Assembly (NCBI GenBank): GCA_965220255.1
Contig: OZ244816.1
Coordinates: 1,736,491-1,800,490 of the forward strand
From: Dehalococcoidia bacterium
Lineage (GTDB): Bacteria; Chloroflexota; Dehalococcoidia; Lucifugimonadales; VXLM01
Length of the DNA stretch: 64,000 nucleotides
Direction: 5' to 3'
A model generated the notes under the pieces. The model was given only the letters and a program-made list of their open reading frames with translations, searched no databases and was not told the DNA's origin. Position 1 is the first letter of the stretch; each line of letters opens with the position of its first letter. The translations under genes and the position numbers were made by a program. Positions 56,755 to 64,000 of the stretch are shown piece by piece.

Positions 56755-57879
56755 CTATTGGGAGGATCCGCTCGTAGAGGCCTTCACGCCCATGATCCGC
56801 GCCATGTTTCCGCCGAGGATGAGGTCCATGTCCGACTGCGGGATGAAGTTGCAGTAGCTGCGCAGGAATTCGAGGTTCTGCCGGTAGGTCCACCAGAGGA
56901 GGGAGACGGGAATGTCCGTTCCCCAGATGAGCTTGTCTGGCCCCATGCGGCGATACATCTGCTCCATGGTCGGGAGGATTTGTGGCATGGGGTAGTCCCA
57001 GCGCCTCTGGAGGAAGACGGCGAAGAGCAGTTGGATGTGGTAGTTCGGATTGTCGATGGGGGCGGCGTCGTAGACCTCATCGGGGACGACGAGCTTTTCG
57101 TCGTCGGCGAACATACGCCAGTTGAAGCCGTGCGTCTGGACGACGGTGACGTCGGGGTAGCGCTCCATCCAGCGGCCGAGCGTGCGAAGCTCTTCAAGGT
57201 ATTCGGCGTAGTTTGTTGAATAGAGTGTGAAGAAGACAGGTATGTCGAGGTCACTCAGGGCATCCCAGAACGGAGTGAAGGTCGGGCTTGCCCACTTCCA
57301 GTCGAGGCCGTAGAGGTCCATGTGATGGGGCATGAACTGGTAGCCGTGCAGGCCGAGGTCGTTGATGGCATGTTGGAGCTTCCTGATGCAGGCGTCGGTA
57401 TCGGAGGCAAGCAGCCATTCCTCGATATAGGCGAGACCCTGGATGCGGTCGGGGTAGGCACGGACGCAGTCCGCGATGAACTCGTTGGACTTGCTCATGT
57501 AGGGCGTCCGATGGAGCAGCGCCATGTCGACGCCGACGTAGTCCATCTCGGCGACCAGATTGTCGACGGTGAACGTGAGGTGGTCGACCCACGGAGGGAG
57601 AGCCTGCTTGACGAAGGTCTCGCCGTCCACGTCCCACTCGACCCTGCCGTTTTCGGCGGTGCGGAATGCGGCTTCCTTCAAGGCGTCGAAGTCCCATGGA
57701 CGTTCGGGGTCCACGAGTCCGCTGGCGTCGCCGGGAACCCTGTCGCGCTTTCGCCAGACGGGCTGTTGGCGGGAGGTCGCCATGAATAGTTGGAGGAAGC
57801 GGTCGAACTCGGAGCGGTCTTCGAATCCGCCGCCGAGCGAGGGGTCTTGAGCGCAGTAGGCGTGGCCGTCGTAGATCAT
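56755..57879 (-). CDS. Amidohydrolase-2 (TIM-barrel metal-dependent hydrolase) family-like protein
   Basis: 374 aa. MIYDGHAYC N-terminus, VVQTHGFNW, LIWGTDIPVS. The first metal motif is atypical (H-x-Y). Confidence 0.6.
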   Translation of the reverse strand: MIYDGHAYCAQDPSLGGGFEDRSEFDRFLQLFMATSRQQPVWRKRDRVPGDASGLVDPERPWDFDALKEAAFRTAENGRVEWDVDGETFVKQALPPWVDHLTFTVDNLVAEMDYVGVDMALLHRTPYMSKSNEFIADCVRAYPDRIQGLAYIEEWLLASDTDACIRKLQHAINDLGLHGYQFMPHHMDLYGLDWKWASPTFTPFWDALSDLDIPVFFTLYSTNYAEYLEELRTLGRWMERYPDVTVVQTHGFNWRMFADDEKLVVPDEVYDAAPIDNPNYHIQLLFAVFLQRRWDYPMPQILPTMEQMYRRMGPDKLIWGTDIPVSLLWWTYRQNLEFLRSYCNFIPQSDMDLILGGNMARIMGVKASTSGSSQ

Positions 57880-57945
57880 GGGTGTACCCCGTCTATTCTA
57901 CCAATTGTGTGTAGTGAGGCCGTATTCTCGGCTGTCTGGACTTTC

Positions 57946-57973
57946 TGGATTCCGGCCTACGCCGGAATGACGG
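57946..57973. repeat. Short palindromic repeat, family TGGATTCC(C/G)G...CCGGAATGACGG
   Basis: tggattccggcctacgccggaatgacgg, intercistronic within the minus-strand cluster. Confidence 0.75.
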
Positions 57974-57983
57974 GCTAGGGAGA

Positions 57984-58388
57984 CTACATTGTTGCGAGGG
58001 CGGAGACTTCGACGAGGAAGGCTTCGTTCGCGAGTCCGCCGACCACGAGGAGGGTTGCGGGCGGGTAGTCGCCGTCCGGGTAGGCCTCGTCGAAGATAGT
58101 GGTCCGGGCATCCATGAAGCCGGGCACGTTCTCGCGTCCGACGATGTAGTAGGTGAACTCGACTACGTTTGGGTAGGAGGAGCCCGAGCCCGCGAGGACG
58201 GCGGACATGTTGCGGAATACCTGCTGGGTCTGGGCGGCAACGTCGTTTTCGCCGACAAGTTCCCCGTCGATGTTGAGGGCGACCTGTCCTGCGATGACGA
58301 TCAGGGGGCCATCGGCTCGTGCGGCGTGAGAATACTTTCCGGGTGGTTGGTGAACGCCCTGCGGGCTGTCGATTTTGAATCGTGGCAT
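57984..58388 (-). CDS. RidA/YjgF family protein
   Basis: PPGKYSHAARADGPLIVIAGQVALN...AQTQQVFRNMSAVL. SD AAGGAGG. Confidence 0.85.
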   Translation of the reverse strand: MPRFKIDSPQGVHQPPGKYSHAARADGPLIVIAGQVALNIDGELVGENDVAAQTQQVFRNMSAVLAGSGSSYPNVVEFTYYIVGRENVPGFMDARTTIFDEAYPDGDYPPATLLVVGGLANEAFLVEVSALATM

Positions 58389-58399
58389 TGTGAACCTCC

Positions 58400-59266
58400 T
58401 TAAATCGTTTCGAGGCCGAGCAGTCTGGCCCCGTTGTTGTGCGTGATGTCGTTGAAATGGTCATTGGACTCGCATGAGTCGCGGAGCAGGGACAGCATGA
58501 CCTCGCCGAGGCATACGCGAAACGTTCCGTTCGGGTAGTTCCCTCGTCCGTCACTGCACGGACAGTCGGTGCCCCAGAGGAGTTTTTCACGGTGGCGCTT
58601 GAGGAAGTCGTGGGTGAAGGCGGTGTCCCTGAGGAGGGCCAGGTAGCCCGATCGAGCCGAGAGGTCTCCGTAGAGGTTGGGGTACTCGGTGAGGAGGCGG
58701 TCGGAGATGCCGACGGGTTGGACGGGTCCCATGGGGTAGTCGGAGAAGTCGGGCGAGGACGGGTTGGCGACGGCGTCTGCGCTGATGTTGGTCCACCAGG
58801 CCATGGCATGGCCGATGAAGGTGGTGTTGGGCAGGGAACGAACGACACTCTCGAGAGCGGGGAAGTTAGTACCGAAGGGACCGGTGTAGTCCATGTGGAT
58901 GAGGACGGGCCAGCCGAACTCGCCGCAGAGCCGGTAGATTTCCATGTTGCGGGGATGGTCTACGGGCAGGCGGACCTTATGCTCGCCGAAGCCCTTCACT
59001 ACGCCGGTGTTGCGGAGCGCGTTGAGGCGGTCGACGGCATCGGGACTGAGCGGGTCTACGTGGCAGAAGGTGATGGTGTCGTCCGGGTGAGACTCGTGAG
59101 CTTCGGTGGTTATCTGTGTGGACATCGAATCGCCGTCTCCGGCGGCGGAGCTTGGTCCCGGATCGAGGGGTAGGAGGACAGAGATACCCCCGCCGTGTGC
59201 GTCGATGTGCTGACGCACATTGTCGATTGAGCGGTCCTTGCCGAGGTGAGTATGGAAGTCGATCAT
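58400..59266 (-). CDS. Amidohydrolase family protein
   Basis: MIDFHTHLG (HxH), VLIHMDY, FIGHAMAWW, LLWGTDCP. ATG overlaps the DegT stop (ATGA). Confidence 0.7.
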   Translation of the reverse strand: MIDFHTHLGKDRSIDNVRQHIDAHGGGISVLLPLDPGPSSAAGDGDSMSTQITTEAHESHPDDTITFCHVDPLSPDAVDRLNALRNTGVVKGFGEHKVRLPVDHPRNMEIYRLCGEFGWPVLIHMDYTGPFGTNFPALESVVRSLPNTTFIGHAMAWWTNISADAVANPSSPDFSDYPMGPVQPVGISDRLLTEYPNLYGDLSARSGYLALLRDTAFTHDFLKRHREKLLWGTDCPCSDGRGNYPNGTFRVCLGEVMLSLLRDSCESNDHFNDITHNNGARLLGLETI

Positions 59267-60585
59267 GCGGTGGTTTCCGCTAACCTGCGGGCGTTGGTGG
59301 CGATCTTGTCGAAGGCTCTCGCGTACTGGTCGATCAGATCGTCGGCCGGGCGGGTGAAGCTCGGCAGCATGATCGTGTCGTAGGGGACTTCGGGGTCTTC
59401 GGTCACGGGGAGGACGACGTCTTTGTAGTCGATCCTGCTTGCGTTCCGGCCTAGTACCTCCCACAGGATTTCCTCCGTTCCGTGCTCGTTACCCGCGAAC
59501 ACGGGGTGTTTATGGAGCATTCTCCAGAGGCCGTCGGTATGGGGGATGCGCGAGTCCTTGCGGGCGGGTGAAGTCACGCGGGCACCCTCGGCGTTCAGGG
59601 CCTCGATGAGTCTTTCGCGTGTAATGCCACCGAGCCTGTCCGGATGGAACTCAATATGGCCTGAATAGTATGGGGAGGGAAAGTAGTCAGGGAAGTCGGG
59701 GACCGAAAATCCGTCGATCTCCGCGATGGCGCGGCCCAGCTTCTCGGCATTGTCGTGTCGGACGTCGAGGCGTTTTCGCCAGTGCTTCATCTGGACGGTG
59801 CCGATTGCCGCGGTGATGGTCGCCATGCGGTATTTCTCGCCGAAGCTGAAGCCGCTGACGGCGCGCCACTTCGGGTCGGGTAGCTCTTTGAGCCGCTCAT
59901 AGTGGCCGAGCGTGGCAGCGCGCTGGAAGACCTCGTCGGAGTTCGTCATGAAGACTCCCCCCTCGCCGGCGGAGGTCAGCTTGCCGTCCTGGAAGCTGAT
60001 CGCGGAGGCGTCGCCTATGGTTCCGAGCATGCGTCCCCGGTGGGTCGTCCCCTGTGAGACGGCGTTGTCCTCGACGACTTTCAGTCCGTGTCGGCGGGCG
60101 ATGTCCATGAGCGCGTCCATGTTCGCGGGAATGCCCTTCCAGTGGACGACCATGATGGCCCTGGTGCGCGGGGTGATCTTGCTCTCGACATCGTCCGGAT
60201 CGAGCGTCAGGGTCAGAGGGTCGATGTCGGCGAATACGGGCACGGCGCCGCAACCGATTATGGGCAGGCAGTTGAAGGGGTGAACGGCCGACTGGGTGAT
60301 GACCTCATCACCCGGCACCACTCCGACGCCGAACAGGGCGGTGTGGAGGGCTGTCGTGCCGCTGGAGTGGGCTATTGCGTGCCGCACGCCCCAAGTCTCG
60401 GCGACGAGGGACTCCAGTTCGGTGATGGGCCCAGGGCCGTCGATGGCGCTGGAGAGGGCGTGGTTGCGGATGAGTTCAGCGGCGACCTGCGCCTCCTCCT
60501 CAGTGTAGATGGGCCACTGGGAGTAGTGAGCCTGATCGATGGTTATGGCGGGGCTGCCGCCGAGGGCGGCGGGTTCGTCGGTCAT
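59263..60585 (-). CDS. DegT/DnrJ/EryC1/StrS family PLP aminotransferase
   Basis: GDEVITQSAVHPFNCLPII..GAVPVFADID, ISFQDGKLTSAGEGG (PLP Lys). Confidence 0.85.
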   Translation of the reverse strand: MTDEPAALGGSPAITIDQAHYSQWPIYTEEEAQVAAELIRNHALSSAIDGPGPITELESLVAETWGVRHAIAHSSGTTALHTALFGVGVVPGDEVITQSAVHPFNCLPIIGCGAVPVFADIDPLTLTLDPDDVESKITPRTRAIMVVHWKGIPANMDALMDIARRHGLKVVEDNAVSQGTTHRGRMLGTIGDASAISFQDGKLTSAGEGGVFMTNSDEVFQRAATLGHYERLKELPDPKWRAVSGFSFGEKYRMATITAAIGTVQMKHWRKRLDVRHDNAEKLGRAIAEIDGFSVPDFPDYFPSPYYSGHIEFHPDRLGGITRERLIEALNAEGARVTSPARKDSRIPHTDGLWRMLHKHPVFAGNEHGTEEILWEVLGRNASRIDYKDVVLPVTEDPEVPYDTIMLPSFTRPADDLIDQYARAFDKIATNARRLAETTA

Positions 60586-60606
60586 GTGGAGGCCCCCCTT
60601 CCTTAG

Positions 60607-60629
60607 TCCTTCCCCCGGTGGGGGAAGGA
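60607..60629. other. Perfect intercistronic hairpin between the sulfatase and DegT genes
   Basis: tccttccccc-ggt-gggggaagga (10-bp stem). No U-tract on the transcribed strand. Confidence 0.5.
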
Positions 60630-60651
60630 TACGAGATTCAGAAGCGCCTGC

Positions 60652-62184
60652 CTACATGGAGTCCCATTCGTCGGGGAGGACGGGGGTATAGTCTTTGTAC
60701 TTTTCCTGCCAGAGACGTATTCGGGATGCAAGATCGCGGATTGTATGGCGGTATGCCTCGTCGTTATAGAGGTTAACGAGTTCGTGCGGGTCAGCGTTGA
60801 GGTCGTATAGCTCGCACTGGTCGCCTGGGCTGAGGTGGAGCTTCATGCCTTCATGGGAGATGATGACGCGGCGCGGCATGGTGGAGGCTCGCCCGATGAC
60901 GCGCTCAGGGAAGTTCGTGCTGAATGCGGCAGTCGGCCGTCCGTCCGAACCGTTCCATTGAACGATCACATCGTTGTCGCTGAGGTCGGACTTGCCTTCG
61001 AGCACCGGCACGCGACTCTCACCCTGGAGTTCGCGCGGGGCTTCTTGACCGAGGAGGTCGAGCAGGGTGGGGACGGCGTCTATGAGACCAATCCTGCCTT
61101 CGATACGACGCTGCTCATCGGACAGCCAAGGCACACGCATCAGGAAGGGGACTCGCATGGCTTCTTCGTACATCATCGTCTTGTGGAGGATGGCATGGTC
61201 CCCCAGCATCTCACCATGCTCGCTCGTGTAGACGACGATGGTGTCGTCGGCCTGGCCGCTCTCTTCCAGGGCACGCATGATACCGCCGACCGCCCTATCG
61301 ACCAGCGTAACCAGCCCGAAGTACCGTGCGCGAATCTCTCGCCACGCCTCGTCATTCGATAGGTCGAGGCCATCTTCCACGGCGTTCCTGTAGTAGTCGG
61401 CCATCATCTGATGGAGAGCAGAGGTGTCCTCCCCCGGGGCTTGCAGGAATGCCGGGCCGGTATTCAACTTATCGCGGGAGTGGAGGTCGTCCAACGGCCC
61501 GGTGAATGGGTTGTGAGGCTCGAAGAAATTGACGTACAGCATGAAGGGCTGGTCACCGTCCGCCGACTCGCGGATGAATCGCTCAACGGCACGTCCGAGG
61601 AACGAGGCTTTAGTGTGCTGTTCGGGCAACTGAGCGGCGAAAGGCCGGCTGAATACCGGCTGCTCATCGGAGAAACGCGCCCTGGCATCGTGCTCGCCGT
61701 ACTCTTTGGCAAGGGTCTCCCTGCCCTTCACGTCGGGTTCGATCCCCTGCGAGATGAGATAGTAGTGATAGTCGGAAAATGTGCCAAGGTCGACTGTGTC
61801 CGAGTAGTAGGGGCGGTAGAGGTCTTCGATACTGACCCACTCGTCGAATCCGTGCTGCGGGCGGAGCTCGTCACCGAGGTGCCACTTGCCGAAGTATCCT
61901 GTCCGGTAGTTGTCAGAGACCAACTCGGCAATGGTCTTCGTCGCGGGCGGAAGTGGGACGTTGTTCACCGTGCAGCCGCTGGTGTGGGGATAGAGTCCGG
62001 TCAGAATGGTAGCGCGGGAGGGAGTGCATACAGGCTGGCTGACGTAGGCGTTGTCGAAGACGAAGCTGCGGTCGGCTAGCGCGTTGAGGTTCGGAGTCTC
62101 GATGTCGTTGTTGCCATAGCATGCCATGGTGTCGGCGCGCTGTTGGTCTGTGAAAATGAACAGGACGTTCGGCTGCTTTGGCAC
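60652..62184 (-). CDS. Sulfatase (formylglycine-dependent arylsulfatase family)
   Basis: PNVLFIFTDQQRAD, CTPSRATILTG (C-x-P-x-R). GTG at 62184 preceded by AAGGAG with a 7-nt spacer. Alternative TTG at 62238. No signal peptide. Confidence 0.9.
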   Translation of the reverse strand: MPKQPNVLFIFTDQQRADTMACYGNNDIETPNLNALADRSFVFDNAYVSQPVCTPSRATILTGLYPHTSGCTVNNVPLPPATKTIAELVSDNYRTGYFGKWHLGDELRPQHGFDEWVSIEDLYRPYYSDTVDLGTFSDYHYYLISQGIEPDVKGRETLAKEYGEHDARARFSDEQPVFSRPFAAQLPEQHTKASFLGRAVERFIRESADGDQPFMLYVNFFEPHNPFTGPLDDLHSRDKLNTGPAFLQAPGEDTSALHQMMADYYRNAVEDGLDLSNDEAWREIRARYFGLVTLVDRAVGGIMRALEESGQADDTIVVYTSEHGEMLGDHAILHKTMMYEEAMRVPFLMRVPWLSDEQRRIEGRIGLIDAVPTLLDLLGQEAPRELQGESRVPVLEGKSDLSDNDVIVQWNGSDGRPTAAFSTNFPERVIGRASTMPRRVIISHEGMKLHLSPGDQCELYDLNADPHELVNLYNDEAYRHTIRDLASRIRLWQEKYKDYTPVLPDEWDSM

Positions 62185-62262
62185 AGTCACACTCCTTTTG
62201 CGCGGCACCGGAGACCGGACCGCGGGCTTGGTTCGCAAAAGGCAGAATCTGCCAGAGAAGGT

Positions 62263-63435
62263 CTAGTCAAGGGGGATCTCCACTTCACGCCCCGTTGCGG
62301 CGGACAGGTACGCCGAGTACGTCACGGCAACCACGTCGCGGCCGAGGGAGCTTCCCGACTGTGGGGGACGGTCATTCACCACCGACTCGCAGAAGTCCTG
62401 CATCTCGTGAGGAAAGCCGTTAATCCAGTCCTCGTCGGGGTTGGTGAACTGCCACCCTGCCGTGGTCTCCACCTTCTCTCGGACGTACTCTTGGGAGAAG
62501 GCCTGATCGTCAGGGGAATAGGCGACCACGGACGTGTTGGGACTCATGCCGATCTGCACGGTGGCACGACCGGCATACACGGTCATGACGTTCTGAATGC
62601 CTCCGAGGACCGTATCGGCCGCTGTTATCTGGGCGACGGCACCATCGTCGAAAGTGACTATCATTGTCCCCCAGTCCTCGCAGTCGACCCAGCCAGCGCG
62701 GATGGTGTGATCGTCCTCGGTCTCGAAAGCCTCGCTCTTCGTGAGGTTGGCGACAGAGCCCGTAACTTGGACAGGCCGGATCGGGCGTCCCAGGCGTCTC
62801 ATGCCCTCGTCGTGCTTAAGGTAGAGGGCACCACCCAGGGGATGGCAGCCCTTCACCAGCAGGCTGCCGCCTCCGGCAGTTTTCCATTCCATCTGGTAGG
62901 GAGAGTGCGTTCCGCTGTGCGACTCTTCGCCGACGATGCGCAGGATGGGGCTCTGCGACGAAGCCAGGAGGCGTTTGGCCTTCTGAATGCCGGGGGCGTA
63001 GACCCAGTTCTCGGCGTACATGATGTGCTTGCCGGAGGAGCGTTCGGCCTCGATCATTCGATCGGCGCTCTCCAGACCGTCTTCGAGGCAACGCAGCCAA
63101 CCCTTCTCGTCGTGACCGCGCCGAAAGCTGCCGGTTAGCGGTTTTTCGATGACCACGTGCTTACCCGCGCTCAATACCGCGACAGCGGTTTCCTCGTGCA
63201 GGTTGGTAGGAGTGCAGGCGTCCACGAGATCGACATCGGGATCATCAAGGGCTTCCTCGAAGGTGTCGTAGGTCTTCTCGAATCCATGGGCAGCGGCGAA
63301 CTCAGAGGCGGCGTCAGGTCTGCGGCCCCAGACTCCCGTCAAGCGAACGTCGATGCCGTGTACCCGCTTGTAGTTCTCGGCGTGGAAAGTCGCCGCGAAC
63401 CCGTAGCCCAGCATTGCGACTCCGATTGACTTCAT
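62263..63435 (-). CDS. Gfo/Idh/MocA family oxidoreductase
   Basis: MKSIGVAMLGYGFAATFHAENY Rossmann N-terminus. HVVIEKPL motif. Confidence 0.85.
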   Translation of the reverse strand: MKSIGVAMLGYGFAATFHAENYKRVHGIDVRLTGVWGRRPDAASEFAAAHGFEKTYDTFEEALDDPDVDLVDACTPTNLHEETAVAVLSAGKHVVIEKPLTGSFRRGHDEKGWLRCLEDGLESADRMIEAERSSGKHIMYAENWVYAPGIQKAKRLLASSQSPILRIVGEESHSGTHSPYQMEWKTAGGGSLLVKGCHPLGGALYLKHDEGMRRLGRPIRPVQVTGSVANLTKSEAFETEDDHTIRAGWVDCEDWGTMIVTFDDGAVAQITAADTVLGGIQNVMTVYAGRATVQIGMSPNTSVVAYSPDDQAFSQEYVREKVETTAGWQFTNPDEDWINGFPHEMQDFCESVVNDRPPQSGSSLGRDVVAVTYSAYLSAATGREVEIPLD

Positions 63436-63528
63436 TCTGCCCCGCGCGTCCTCTTCATCATCCGACCTTCAGGCCTCGCTGCCTACGATGATACCATGCC
63501 GTGCAAATTTCCCTATGTGAAAGGTGTT

Positions 63529-64000
63529 ATGGCGATCCGGAATTTTGAGATGAGTAGTGCGCGGGATGTGTCGCTCCGCATGATTGTGGAAAGCCATGGG
63601 TGGGTCGCCCTGGAACCCTGGAAGTGGGACGCGGAACGGGAGGCGCTGTCGCGAACCGACCTTCTCGAAGTACCGACGAATATCGCGGTTACCCAGGCTG
63701 GTCCGAGGGTGATCGTGGTCCGTGTGGAAGAGGAGGGGAACCCGGCGCCTGAGACGGTCGAAACGATTGTGAGAAGGTGGTTGTCTTTTGACTGGGACCC
63801 GGCCGATGCGATTGAGGCAGCTTCGAAAGTGGACGAAGTAGTAGCTGACGTGATACGAGCCGGAGGGGGACGTTTCCTGCGCGGATCGAACTTCTACGAG
63901 GACTATCTCAAGACGATTTGCACCGTACAGATCAACTGGGCCGGAACAAAGCGGATGGCCTCACGCCTCGTGCATGAGATAGGAGAGGGATACGTTCCTA
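63529..64000 (+). CDS. Putative HhH-GPD-type DNA glycosylase (AlkA/Ogg-like), 3'-truncated by the window edge
   Basis: ATG at 63529. I translated the frame by eye to nt 64000 without a stop. RFLRGSNFYEDYLKTICTVQINWAGTKRMASRLV resembles the start of the HhH-GPD core. Confidence 0.45.
   Translation, partial: MAIRNFEMSSARDVSLRMIVESHGWVALEPWKWDAEREALSRTDLLEVPTNIAVTQAGPRVIVVRVEEEGNPAPETVETIVRRWLSFDWDPADAIEAASKVDEVVADVIRAGGGRFLRGSNFYEDYLKTICTVQINWAGTKRMASRLVHEIGEGYVP

Noticed and set aside
59267-59464. 5' extension of the amidohydrolase ORF (354-aa version). Analogous extensions: 52497-52643, 20185-20268, 15013-15138, 30077-30190, 42083-42118.
   Set aside because: The extensions overlap the upstream gene or run through repeats and are Arg-rich. 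Internal starts give canonical N-termini, SD sequences or start/stop overlaps.

Overview
GC-rich, densely coding bacterial chromosomal fragment. Spot counts of 60-nt lines give about 60-75% GC in most genes. I support about 55 protein genes and saw no rRNA, tRNA or CRISPR array by eye. Housekeeping genes: ftsH, yceD-rpmF-fabD-nusB-acpP, thrB, mutS2, rnhB-yraN, mnmA. Transport genes: an ABC-2 exporter pair, a heterodimeric ABC exporter pair, Opp/Dpp-type permeases, an MFS transporter and a 1202-aa FtsX-like permease. A long minus-strand block at 52.2-63.4 kb encodes ABM, NHL, DUF1501, DUF1800, two amidohydrolases, RidA, a DegT aminotransferase, a sulfatase and a Gfo/Idh/MocA oxidoreductase. Two lower-GC accessory patches stand out. 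(i) At the left edge (1-1167), a truncated DUF262-like gene is tightly followed by an R-x4-H (HEPN-like) gene. (ii) At 25.3-29.2 kb, an island holds a divergent HNH-nuclease gene and an 889-aa internally duplicated DNA methyltransferase, with palindromes in the shared promoter region. This island is the best candidate for a novel restriction/defence system here. Almost every longer intergenic region is filled with nested palindromic or MITE-like repeats. These include a 290-bp element in two copies, a 184-bp element with perfect 18-bp terminal inverted repeats and 12-bp direct flanks, and one short repeat inserted in-frame inside an FG-GAP gene. Other notable items are a PLP-type histidine decarboxylase coupled to an ACT-domain gene and a plant-type LRR protein. 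The repeat types and gene content resemble marine Chloroflexota or Planctomycetes-like genomes, but that is an unverified guess. All family calls rest on motifs read by eye; no searches were run.
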